Source: Faecousia sp.
GTDB lineage: Bacteria; Bacillota; Clostridia; Oscillospirales; Oscillospiraceae
Assembly (NCBI GenBank): GCA_045635105.1
Contig: JAZRBN010000025.1
Span: forward strand, 8,054-72,053
DNA length: 64,000 nucleotides
Reading direction: 5' to 3'
In this document: piece by piece, positions 19,419 through 27,867 of the stretch
Position numbering within the stretch: position 1 is the stretch's first letter
Layout: every line of letters begins with the position of its first letter
The notes under the pieces: generated by a model
The model's database searches: none
What the model was told of the DNA's origin: nothing
Seen by the model: only the letters and a program-made list of their open reading frames with translations
Made by a program: the position numbers and the translations under genes

Positions 19419-19784
19419 ATGGCGGAAAAGCACTTGCCCCATCAGCATACCCATACAGAGGATATTGCAAAGCTTGCCGGTCAACTGGACCGGGTGGAGG
19501 ATTTCCAAAAGGTGGCAGAGGTCTTCAAGCAGCTCTCTGATAGCAGCCGTGTGCGGATTTTTTGGCTGCTGTGCCATTGTGAAGAATGTGTCATCAATAT
19601 TTCGGCATTGGTGGAGATGTCCAGTCCTGCGGTTTCCCACCATCTGCGTCAGTTAAAGGCTAGCGGTTTGATTGTCAGCCGTCGGGAAGGCAAGGAGGTC
19701 TACTACAAAGCTGCCGATACCGAAGAAAGTCAACAAACACACCTGATGATTGAGAAAATAATGGAAATGACCTGCCCGCAGTGA
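19419..19784 (+). CDS. ArsR/SmtB family metal-sensing repressor
   Basis: FKQLSDSSRVRI, CEECV, SSPAVSHHLRQL, RREGKEVYY; His-rich N-terminus. Confidence 0.92.
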   Translation: MAEKHLPHQHTHTEDIAKLAGQLDRVEDFQKVAEVFKQLSDSSRVRIFWLLCHCEECVINISALVEMSSPAVSHHLRQLKASGLIVSRREGKEVYYKAADTEESQQTHLMIEKIMEMTCPQ

Positions 19785-19794
19785 TGCAAAACGG

Positions 19795-19823
19795 TTGACA
19801 GAAACGGTCATTTTTGGTATTCT
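19795..19823 (+). promoter_or_regulatory. Sigma-A promoter of oadB
   Basis: TTGACA-17nt-TATTCT. Confidence 0.6.
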
Positions 19824-19895
19824 TTATAATAGTGGAGTATGTGGAAACTGCTCTGATTTTGCATAAGGAATTATTACGAAGAAGGGGAAAAACAT

Positions 19896-21020
19896 ATGAG
19901 CTTTTTAGAGGAAATGTCCTTTCTGTATGACGGCTTAGCCGCTGCGGTTACGGACTGGAAGGTGCTGGTCATGTGGGTGATCGGCGGCCTGCTGATTTAT
20001 TTGGCAATCAAGAAGGATATGGAGCCTACCTTGCTGCTGCCTATGGGCTTTGGCGCAATTCTTGTGAATTTGCCCAACTCCGGCGCGGTGGAGGTGGTGG
20101 AGACCCTGTTTAATGCCGGTATCTCCAACGAGTTGTTCCCGCTGCTGCTGTTCATCGGCATTGGCGCTATGATCGACTTTGGACCCATTCTGTCCAACCC
20201 CAAGCTGATGCTCTTTGGCGCAGCTGCCCAGTTTGGCATCTTCTTTACCCTGTGCGCTGCCTCTATGTTCTTTGACTTGGAGACAGCTGCCTCCATCGGC
20301 GTGATCGGCGCTGCCGACGGTCCTACCGCTATCGTTGTGGCCCAGGCGTTGCTGGATCCCGAATCTCCCTATTTGGGCGCGATTATGGTGGCTGCCTATT
20401 CCTATATGGCGCTGGTTCCCATTATCCAGCCCCCCGTCATCAAGCTGATGACCACCAAAAAAGAGCGTATGATCCGTATGAAGTACGCACCTGCTCAGGT
20501 TTCCAAGGTAACCCGCATTCTGTTCCCCATTTTGATCACCATCATTGCCGGTCTGATTGCTCCCGGCTCTGTTGCGCTGGTAGGCTTTTTGATGTTCGGC
20601 AACCTGCTGCGTGAGTGCGGCGTGCTGGACCAGCTGTCTGAGACCGCTCAGAAGGTGCTGGCAAACTTGATTACCCTGTTTTTGGGCATTACCATCGCTT
20701 TCAAGATGCAGGCAGAGTTCTTCCTGCAAGTGGATACCCTGCTGATTATGGGCCTGGGCCTGTTCGCCTTTGTGTTTGACACTGCCGGCGGTGTGCTGTT
20801 TGCCAAGTTCCTGAATCTGTTTATGAAGGATAAGATCAATCCTATGATTGGCGCAGCGGGTATTTCCGCATTCCCCATGTCCGGCCGTGTGGTGCATAAG
20901 ATGGGTCTTGCTGAGGATCCCCAGAACTTCCTGCTGATGCACTCTATGGGTGTCAACGTTTCCGGTCAGATCGCCTCCGTGATTGCAGGCGGTATGATTC
21001 TGAACTTCTTTATGAAATAA
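19896..21020 (+). CDS. oadB: Na+-translocating decarboxylase beta subunit (OadB/GcdB/MmdB family)
   Basis: EPTLLLPMGFG, GAAAQFG, IGAADGPTAI, AAYSYMALVPIIQPP, GAAGISAFP. Confidence 0.92.
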   Translation: MSFLEEMSFLYDGLAAAVTDWKVLVMWVIGGLLIYLAIKKDMEPTLLLPMGFGAILVNLPNSGAVEVVETLFNAGISNELFPLLLFIGIGAMIDFGPILSNPKLMLFGAAAQFGIFFTLCAASMFFDLETAASIGVIGAADGPTAIVVAQALLDPESPYLGAIMVAAYSYMALVPIIQPPVIKLMTTKKERMIRMKYAPAQVSKVTRILFPILITIIAGLIAPGSVALVGFLMFGNLLRECGVLDQLSETAQKVLANLITLFLGITIAFKMQAEFFLQVDTLLIMGLGLFAFVFDTAGGVLFAKFLNLFMKDKINPMIGAAGISAFPMSGRVVHKMGLAEDPQNFLLMHSMGVNVSGQIASVIAGGMILNFFMK

Positions 21021-21033
21021 GGAGGACAAATCA

Positions 21034-21159
21034 ATGAATTTTGATCCTATGGCTTTTGTTGCCAACTTAAAGTATATGGGTCTGGGTATGCTGGGTGTTT
21101 TCGTTTCCATCGGAATCATCGTGCTGGTTACCGTGATCCTGAATAAGACCACCAAATAA
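21034..21159 (+). CDS. 41-aa OadG (gamma)-like single-TM subunit MNFDPMAFVANLKYMGLGMLGVFVSIGIIVLVTVILNKTTK
   Basis: AAGGAGG RBS; MGLGMLGVF resembles the OadG TM signature; lies between oadB and a terminator; missed by ORF track. Confidence 0.8.
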   Translation: MNFDPMAFVANLKYMGLGMLGVFVSIGIIVLVTVILNKTTK

Positions 21160-21164
21160 GTCCT

Positions 21165-21192
21165 AAAAGCACCGGCTCAGCCGGTGCTTTTT
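21165..21192 (+). terminator. Rho-independent terminator
   Basis: AAAAGCACCGGC-TCA-GCCGGTGCTTTTT. Confidence 0.85.
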
Positions 21193-21253
21193 TCGTTGCA
21201 ATCTGTTACTCCCCGTGATAAAATAGGCAGGAGAAATTGTAAGGAGTACTGCT

Positions 21254-22294
21254 ATGGAGAAACTTTCCTTTACATCGGATTATATGGAGGGGGCGCATCC
21301 GAAAATATTGGAGCGGCTGGTGGAGACCAATCTGCTGAAAACCGCCGGTTACGGTACGGATGAAATTTGTGAATCTGCCCGGGAGAAAATCCGCATAGCT
21401 TGCGATGCTCCTAACGGGGAAGTGTTTTTCCTGCCGGGGGGTACCCAGACCAACGCCATGATTGTGAAGTATCTGCTGCGTCCTTACCAAGGCGTGATTG
21501 CCGCCCAGTCCGGACATATTGCCGCCCACGAAGCCGGCGCGATTGAACACGGCGGCCATAAGGTGATCTGCGTGCCGGAGTATGACGGTAAGCTGATGGC
21601 TGCCGATGTTGCCAAGGTGGCGAAGACCTTTTTGCAGGATGACAACCGGGAGCATTTGGTGATGCCGGGTATGGTGTACATTTCTCAGCCCACCGAAAGC
21701 GGCACCCTGTATTCCCTGTCTGAATTGGAAGCGCTTTCCGCTGTCTGCAAGGAATACGGATTATATCTCTACGCCGACGGCGCTCGCTTGGCTTATGCTT
21801 TGGCGTGTCCCGGCAACGATGTGCGCTTGCAGGATTTGGCGCGGCTGTGCGATGTATTCTACATCGGCGGCACCAAGTGCGGCGCGCTGCTGGGCGAGGC
21901 GGTGGTGATTCCTAAAAAGGATTTGATCCCCCACTTCTTTACCCTTATGAAGCAGCACGGCGCGTTATTGGCAAAGGGTAGAATTCTCGGCATTCAGTTC
22001 GACACGCTGTTTACCGACAATTTATATATGCAGTTGGGGCAATCGGCGGTTGCGCATGCCGATGCCATTCGGTCTGCCTTGGAGAAAAAGGGCTGGCAGT
22101 TGTGCTACGGCTCGCCCACCAATCAGGTGTTTGTGAAGCTGCCGGACGATGTTCGCCAAAAGCTTGAACAGCAGGTGAACATCAGCTTTTGGGAAAAACC
22201 GGACGAAAACCATACCGTTGTCCGGCTGGCTACTTCCTGGGCAACGGACGGAAAAGATGTGGAGAAATTACTTGAAATCCTGGATTCGATTTGA
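21254..22294 (+). CDS. ltaE: Low-specificity L-threonine aldolase (PLP)
   Basis: SFTSDY..GAHP, GGTQTN, HEAGAIE, DGARL, IGGTKCG. Confidence 0.88.
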   Translation: MEKLSFTSDYMEGAHPKILERLVETNLLKTAGYGTDEICESAREKIRIACDAPNGEVFFLPGGTQTNAMIVKYLLRPYQGVIAAQSGHIAAHEAGAIEHGGHKVICVPEYDGKLMAADVAKVAKTFLQDDNREHLVMPGMVYISQPTESGTLYSLSELEALSAVCKEYGLYLYADGARLAYALACPGNDVRLQDLARLCDVFYIGGTKCGALLGEAVVIPKKDLIPHFFTLMKQHGALLAKGRILGIQFDTLFTDNLYMQLGQSAVAHADAIRSALEKKGWQLCYGSPTNQVFVKLPDDVRQKLEQQVNISFWEKPDENHTVVRLATSWATDGKDVEKLLEILDSI

Positions 22295-22319
22295 CAAAGC
22301 AAACCTACGGTATTACAAT
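22291..22319 (+). promoter_or_regulatory. Sigma-A promoter of metY, overlapping the ltaE stop codon
   Basis: TTGACA-17nt-TACAAT. Confidence 0.7.
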
Positions 22320-22347
22320 AATTCTAACTACTTTTTGAGGTGATTCT

Positions 22348-23634
22348 ATGGAACAGAAATTGCACATTGAAACCCAGTGCATTCAGGCAGGATACAGCCC
22401 TGCCAGCGGTGAACCCCGCCAGATTCCCATTGTGCAGAGTACAACCTTTAAGTACGCCACAAGCGAGGATATGGGCAAGCTCTTCGATTTGGAGGCCAGC
22501 GGTTATTTTTACTCCCGCTTGCAGAATCCCACCTGTGATATGGTGGCGGCAAAGATTGCTGCGTTGGAGGGTGGTACTGCGGCTATGCTCACCGGTTCCG
22601 GTCAGGCAGCGAACTTCTATGCAATGTTCAATATTGCCTCCTGCGGCGACCATATTGTGTCGTCCTCCGCTATTTATGGCGGCACATTTAACTTAATCGC
22701 TGTTACCATGAAACGGATGGGCATTGAGGCAACCTTTGTCAGCCCCGATGCCAGCTACGAGGAAATTGTGGCGGCAATCCGTCCCAACACCAAGCTGATT
22801 TTTGGCGAGACCATTGCCAATCCTGCGCTGAATGTGCTGGACATCGAGAAATTTGCCAAGGCGGCTCACGACAATGGCCTGCCGCTGATTGTGGACAATA
22901 CCTTCGCTACGCCGGTAAACTGCCGTCCCATTGAATGGGGCGCGGATATTGTTACTCACTCCACAACCAAGTATATGGACGGCCACGGCGTTGCCGTAGG
23001 CGGCTGCATTGTGGACAGCGGCAAATTCGACTGGACCAAATATCCCGACAGATTCCCCGGCTTGTGCACACCCGATGACAGCTATCACGGGGTTACCTAT
23101 ACCGAGCGCTTCGGTTTGGAGGGGGCATTTATTACCAAATGTACCGCTCAGCTGATGCGGGATCTGGGCTCTATCCAGTCTCCCCAGAGCGCATTCTATC
23201 TGAATCTTGGCTTGGAGAGCCTGCCGTTCAGAATGAAGCAGCACTGCGCCAATGCTCAGGCAATCGCAGAGTTTTTGCAGGCCAATGAGAAGGTGGCATG
23301 GGTCAGATACGGCGGCTTGAAGACGGATAAGTATTATGAACTGACTCAGAAGTATATGCCGGGTGGCTCCTGTGGCGTGATTTCCTTCGGCTTGAAGGGT
23401 GGTCGCAAGGCAGCGGAAACCTTTATGAAGCATATGCGCCTTGGCTCTATCGAGACCCACGTGGCAGACTCCCGCACCTGCTGTTTGCACCCGGCATCTG
23501 CCACCCACCGGCAGATGACAGATGAACAGCTGGAACAGGCGGGTATCGGCGCGGATCTGATTCGGCTCAGCTGCGGCCTGGAAAATGCCGAGGACTTAAT
23601 TGCCGATTTGAAACAAGCCATCGAGGCGGTTTGA
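22348..23634 (+). CDS. metY: O-acetylhomoserine aminocarboxypropyltransferase / sulfhydrylase
   Basis: YSRLQNPT, ETIANP, VDNTFATP, HSTTKYMDGHG, HPASATHRQ. Confidence 0.9.
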   Translation: MEQKLHIETQCIQAGYSPASGEPRQIPIVQSTTFKYATSEDMGKLFDLEASGYFYSRLQNPTCDMVAAKIAALEGGTAAMLTGSGQAANFYAMFNIASCGDHIVSSSAIYGGTFNLIAVTMKRMGIEATFVSPDASYEEIVAAIRPNTKLIFGETIANPALNVLDIEKFAKAAHDNGLPLIVDNTFATPVNCRPIEWGADIVTHSTTKYMDGHGVAVGGCIVDSGKFDWTKYPDRFPGLCTPDDSYHGVTYTERFGLEGAFITKCTAQLMRDLGSIQSPQSAFYLNLGLESLPFRMKQHCANAQAIAEFLQANEKVAWVRYGGLKTDKYYELTQKYMPGGSCGVISFGLKGGRKAAETFMKHMRLGSIETHVADSRTCCLHPASATHRQMTDEQLEQAGIGADLIRLSCGLENAEDLIADLKQAIEAV

Positions 23635-23649
23635 TAAGGAGCGTTTGGG

Positions 23650-26600
23650 ATGAAAAAGCATCTATCTGTGATTTTAATTGCTGTAATGCTTTTGTCTGTG
23701 GTTTTTGCAGGCAATCTTACAGCGTATGCTGCAACCAGCGGCACTTGCGGCGATGACATTACCTATACCATTACGGACAATGTGCTGACCTTGTCCGGCA
23801 CGGGCGATATGTACCACTATGATTTTTGGTCTCATACCGTTCCTTGGGATGCGAAAAAGGGTACAATCACTAAGGTTGTGGTGGAAGAGGGCATTACCAG
23901 CCTGGGCACCAATGCCTTTTGCGATTTTGTCAGTCTGACTGAGGTGGAGTTGCCTACGACCTTGAAAACAATGGGTATGAACGCCTTTGCCTGCTGTGAA
24001 AGCTTGACGGAATTTACTGTTCCTGTGGGATTAGAAAGCTTTGATGTGTCCGCATTTGCCAATTGTTATGGAATGCTGGAATACAAGGTGGCAGAGGGCA
24101 ATACCCACTTCACCGTAGAGGACGGCGTTCTGTTTAATATTGATAAAACTGCCTTGTGGAGCTATCCCATCGGCTTGACTGACGAAGTTTACGATATGCC
24201 GGATACGGTGGAATCCGTTGAGGCATACGCTTTCTCCGAGGCGGCAAACTTAAATGAAATCCTGTTCAGTGAAAATCTGAAACATATTGGTGATGAAGCC
24301 TTCCATAACTGCATTGGCTTAACGGAAATTGTTTTGCCTGACGGCTTTTTAACCACCGGCGGCGGTTCATTCCAGGGTTGTGAGAATCTAAGCCAAATTG
24401 ACCTGCCTGACACAGTAACCCGCATCGGACCGCTGTGCTTCGATATGACCGCGTATTACAATAATCTCAGCAACTGGGAAAATGATTTGGTTCTGTATTT
24501 GGACGAATTTGTCTTGCAGGGCCGGGAAAAGTGGGATGAGGTTGCAGGCGAATCCGGCATAGAGCTGGGTGGCGAGTACCGTATCAAGGAAGGCACCAAG
24601 CTGATTGCGGACGAAGCCTTTGACTTCCTTCCCATCAGCGCTGTTTACCTCCCGGCATCTTTGCAGTATATTGGTGAAGGCGCATTCTACGGCTGCGACA
24701 ATCTGACGGAGATTGACATTCCCGGGAATGTTACCCATATTGGTGAAATTGCCTTTACTTCCTGCGAAAACCTGGCGTCTGTGAAATTGCCCGGTAATTT
24801 GCAGCGTATTGGATATAATGCGTTTGAGAACACGGCGTATTTGAACGCGCTTGTTACCGCAGAGAATCCCATTGGTTATGATGGAAATTATGTGATTTAT
24901 GCCCACTCCTCGCTGACAGCAGCCAATATTAAAGAGGGCACCACCTTGATTGCGGAAAATGCATTCGAAAAAGCGACCTCGGTGCGCACAATCACGCTGC
25001 CGGAAAGCCTTCTGTATATCGGAAGCGAAGCCTTTATCAACACCACTTCTACGAAGAATATTACTGTTCCCAAGACGGTTGTTTCCATCGGTGATTACGC
25101 TTTCGGATATTCCAAGCATTATAGCTCTGCGGTGGAGGCGTATGTATATACGCCTATCTACAATTTTATGTTGAGCGGTTATACCGATTCTGCCGCGGAA
25201 GCCTATGCGGAAGAATTTGATGTTCCCTTTGACTGCCTGGACGGCTGTGAGCATCAGTACGGTTCCACGGTTACTACCCCTGCTACTTGTACCACTGCCG
25301 GTGTCCGCACTTATGCCTGCGGTCTGTGTGGCGATTCCTACACGGAAGTTATTCCCGCGGGACATACCGATGTGGTGATTGACCCTGCCGTAGAGCCGGG
25401 TTGTAATACCAACGGTATGACGGAGGGTTCTCACTGCGAGGCTTGCGGAACTGTGATTGTTGAGCAGCTGCCAACCGGTTCGCTGAATCATCGCGTCGGC
25501 ATTGAAATGGGAGAGGCGCCTTCCTGCGGCGAGGGCGGCAAGACGGAAGCGATTTGGTGTATGGATTGCCAAAAGTATATCAAGGAGCCGGAATACATTC
25601 CGCCCACCAATAACCACAGGGCGTTATCTTATGAGGAAGTTCCTGCCAACTGTGTAACGGAAGGCCTTACTGGCGGAACATTCTGCGGTTGGTGCGGTCA
25701 GACCCTTACGGAGCGGACGGTTGTTCCCACCAACGATTACCACATCAATCGGGTCATTGACTATGCTGAAACACCTACCTGTACCAAAGAAGGCAAGACC
25801 CAGGGTTCTCACTGTGGAGCTTGCGGTGATATAATTATCCCCCAGGAAATTGTGCCGAAGGCAAATCATACCTATGATACCCGCTATACAATTGACAAGG
25901 TGGCAAGCGGCCTGGAAACAGGCTATAAGAGCCGCCATTGCAAGTACTGCGCAGCCACGACGGATTGTACGGAGCTTCCTCTTGTAGCGCCCGTTTTCGT
26001 GCAGATGACGCCTGCCGGCATTGCTTTGGCATATGAACCCTATGACGATGTGGTGTCTTATGAGGTATACCGTCTGTCGGATGAAATGGCAGGCTACGAA
26101 CATGTAGGTACAACACCGCAGACCACATTCTTTGATTCCTCGGCTGTGTTGGGCGGCGTATACCGCTATATGATTCTGCTGACGGATGCAAATGAGAAGA
26201 CAGTCGCGGTTGTTACCACAGAGGAGATTACATATGCAACTTCGTTGATCATCACAACCCAGCCGAAAACCACTTATGCTGAAAACGGCGCTACTGTAAA
26301 GGTAAAGGTTGGCGCCACAGGCGACGGCTTGACATATACCTGGTATGTGAAAAATGCCGGCGCAACCAAGTTTGTAAAGTCTTCTATTACCTCCGCAACC
26401 TATTCAGTGAAGATGAGCAGCACCACCAAGAACCGTTCTGTTTACTGCGTGGTTACTGACAAGTACGGCAACGCAAAGGTAACGGAAACAGTGCAGCTGC
26501 GGATGGCGGTAACGCTGAATGCTCAGCCAAGTACCGCCTATGCCAAGAATGGCGCAATGGCGAAGGTGTCCGTGAGCGCAACAGGTGATGGCTTGAAGTA

Positions 26601-27303
26601 TACCTGGTATGTGAAAAATGCAGGCGCAACTAAGTATGTGAAGTCTTCCATTACCAGCGCAACCTACTCGGTGAAGATGAGCAGCGCTGTGAAAAACCGT
26701 TCTGTTTACTGTGTGATTACCGACAAGTATGGAAATACCGCAAAGACAAAAGAGGTGCAGCTGCGGATGGCGGCTACGGTTACCACCCAGCCTAAGACCA
26801 CTTATACCAAGAGTGGGGCAACCGCCAAGGCAACAGTGGGCGCAGCGGGCGACGGCTTGAAGTATACCTGGTATGTGAAAAATGCAGGCGCAACTAAGTA
26901 TGTGAAGTCTTCCATTACGACTGCAACCTATTCGGTGAAAATGAGCAATACGGTAAAAAATCGCTCTGTTTATTGCGTGATTACCGACAAGTATGGCAAC
27001 AGTGTGAAAACCGATGTGGTACAGCTGCGTATGAAAGCCACCATTACCACCCAGCCGAAGATCACTTATACCAAGAGTGGGGAAACCGCCAAGGTAACAG
27101 TGGGCGCAGCCGGCGACGGCTTGAAGTATACCTGGTATGTGAAAAATGCCGGCGCAACTATGTATGTGAAGTCTTCCATTACAACTGCAACCTATTCGGT
27201 GAAAATGAGCAATACGGTAAAGAATCGCTCCGTATATTGCGTAGTTACCGACAAGTACGGCAACACGGCTAAAACCAATACGGTACAACTGAAAATGAAA
27301 TAA
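23650..27303 (+). CDS. Secreted BspA-type leucine-rich-repeat surface protein with Cys-rich repeats and four C-terminal Ig-like repeats
   Basis: Signal peptide (AYA), SGTCGD start, repeated 'I..P..L..IG..AF..C' LRR units, Cys/His repeats, 88-aa tandem repeats. Confidence 0.85.
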   Translation: MKKHLSVILIAVMLLSVVFAGNLTAYAATSGTCGDDITYTITDNVLTLSGTGDMYHYDFWSHTVPWDAKKGTITKVVVEEGITSLGTNAFCDFVSLTEVELPTTLKTMGMNAFACCESLTEFTVPVGLESFDVSAFANCYGMLEYKVAEGNTHFTVEDGVLFNIDKTALWSYPIGLTDEVYDMPDTVESVEAYAFSEAANLNEILFSENLKHIGDEAFHNCIGLTEIVLPDGFLTTGGGSFQGCENLSQIDLPDTVTRIGPLCFDMTAYYNNLSNWENDLVLYLDEFVLQGREKWDEVAGESGIELGGEYRIKEGTKLIADEAFDFLPISAVYLPASLQYIGEGAFYGCDNLTEIDIPGNVTHIGEIAFTSCENLASVKLPGNLQRIGYNAFENTAYLNALVTAENPIGYDGNYVIYAHSSLTAANIKEGTTLIAENAFEKATSVRTITLPESLLYIGSEAFINTTSTKNITVPKTVVSIGDYAFGYSKHYSSAVEAYVYTPIYNFMLSGYTDSAAEAYAEEFDVPFDCLDGCEHQYGSTVTTPATCTTAGVRTYACGLCGDSYTEVIPAGHTDVVIDPAVEPGCNTNGMTEGSHCEACGTVIVEQLPTGSLNHRVGIEMGEAPSCGEGGKTEAIWCMDCQKYIKEPEYIPPTNNHRALSYEEVPANCVTEGLTGGTFCGWCGQTLTERTVVPTNDYHINRVIDYAETPTCTKEGKTQGSHCGACGDIIIPQEIVPKANHTYDTRYTIDKVASGLETGYKSRHCKYCAATTDCTELPLVAPVFVQMTPAGIALAYEPYDDVVSYEVYRLSDEMAGYEHVGTTPQTTFFDSSAVLGGVYRYMILLTDANEKTVAVVTTEEITYATSLIITTQPKTTYAENGATVKVKVGATGDGLTYTWYVKNAGATKFVKSSITSATYSVKMSSTTKNRSVYCVVTDKYGNAKVTETVQLRMAVTLNAQPSTAYAKNGAMAKVSVSATGDGLKYTWYVKNAGATKYVKSSITSATYSVKMSSAVKNRSVYCVITDKYGNTAKTKEVQLRMAATVTTQPKTTYTKSGATAKATVGAAGDGLKYTWYVKNAGATKYVKSSITTATYSVKMSNTVKNRSVYCVITDKYGNSVKTDVVQLRMKATITTQPKITYTKSGETAKVTVGAAGDGLKYTWYVKNAGATMYVKSSITTATYSVKMSNTVKNRSVYCVVTDKYGNTAKTNTVQLKMK
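25246..25968 (+). repeat. About six ~40-aa H-x11/12-C-x9/10-CxxC repeats
   Basis: PATCTTAG..CGLC, PGCNTNG..CEAC, PSCGEGG..CMDC, ANCVTEG..CGWC, PTCTKEG..CGAC, ..CKYC. Confidence 0.8.
26251..27300 (+). repeat. Four tandem 264-bp (88-aa) repeats
   Basis: Units start at 26251, 26515, 26779 and 27043; near-identical GDGLKYTWYVKNAGAT...RSVYCV.TDKYGN at DNA level. Confidence 0.95.
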
Positions 27304-27307
27304 CAAA

Positions 27308-27340
27308 AGGGACGCACTTTTTGTAAAGTGCGTCCCAAAA
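27308..27340. terminator. Terminator between convergent genes
   Basis: GGGACGCACTTT-TTGT-AAAGTGCGTCCC flanked by A-runs. Confidence 0.8.
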
Positions 27341-27353
27341 AATATGATTAGAA

Positions 27354-27800
27354 TTACTTAATAACACCCTTTTGCAGGATGATGTTGGCGTAGATTGCGG
27401 TCTCACCGGATTGGAGAATGCAGTAGCAGTCTTTTGCTTCATCGTAAAAGTCAAAGCGGTCGATGTTGCCCACGGCATCAGCACCCCGGCTGTCATATTT
27501 TGCAATGATGTTCTTGTACTCGTCCCAGACCGGAATGGTCAGGTCCTTATCGCAATTCATTTTCTCCATCAAAATAGCAGGCTTTTCCACATAGGTGTCC
27601 AGCGGGAACACCTGCAAGATCGCGTCCAGCAGCTCCGGTACTCCGTGTCCGTCTGCCCGCAGGAAGATGGCGTTCTTGGCCTTTGCCATAGCAGCACCGG
27701 GGAAATTACCGTCGCCGATGCAGATCCGGTCGGAATGACCCATTTCAGCAAGGACCTTCAAAAGCTCGGGGGAGAGAATGGAAGGAATGTTTTTTAACAT
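27354..27800 (-). CDS. fucU: RbsD/FucU family mutarotase
   Basis: MLKNIP..LSPELLK.LAEMGHSD...GDGNFP, RFDFY, GETAIYANIILQKGV. Confidence 0.9.
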   Translation of the reverse strand: MLKNIPSILSPELLKVLAEMGHSDRICIGDGNFPGAAMAKAKNAIFLRADGHGVPELLDAILQVFPLDTYVEKPAILMEKMNCDKDLTIPVWDEYKNIIAKYDSRGADAVGNIDRFDFYDEAKDCYCILQSGETAIYANIILQKGVIK

Positions 27801-27832
27801 ATGATTTACCTCCTGTAAATATTATGCCAGAG

Positions 27833-27861
27833 AAAGTGGCGGCCTAAAAGACCGCCACTTT
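27833..27861 (-). terminator. Intercistronic hairpin between fucI and fucU
   Basis: AAAGTGGCGG...CCGCCACTTT. Confidence 0.6.
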
Positions 27862-27867
27862 ATATTT

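Noticed and set aside
17165-19784. Split HMA protein + P1B ATPase + ArsR as a novel or mobile resistance unit
   Set aside because: Common Firmicute arrangement; no transposase, integrase or flanking repeats seen
26251-27300. Tandem repeats as a CRISPR array or DGR template/variable pair
   Set aside because: 264-bp in-frame coding units with no spacers; no cas or reverse transcriptase gene; differences are not adenine-specific
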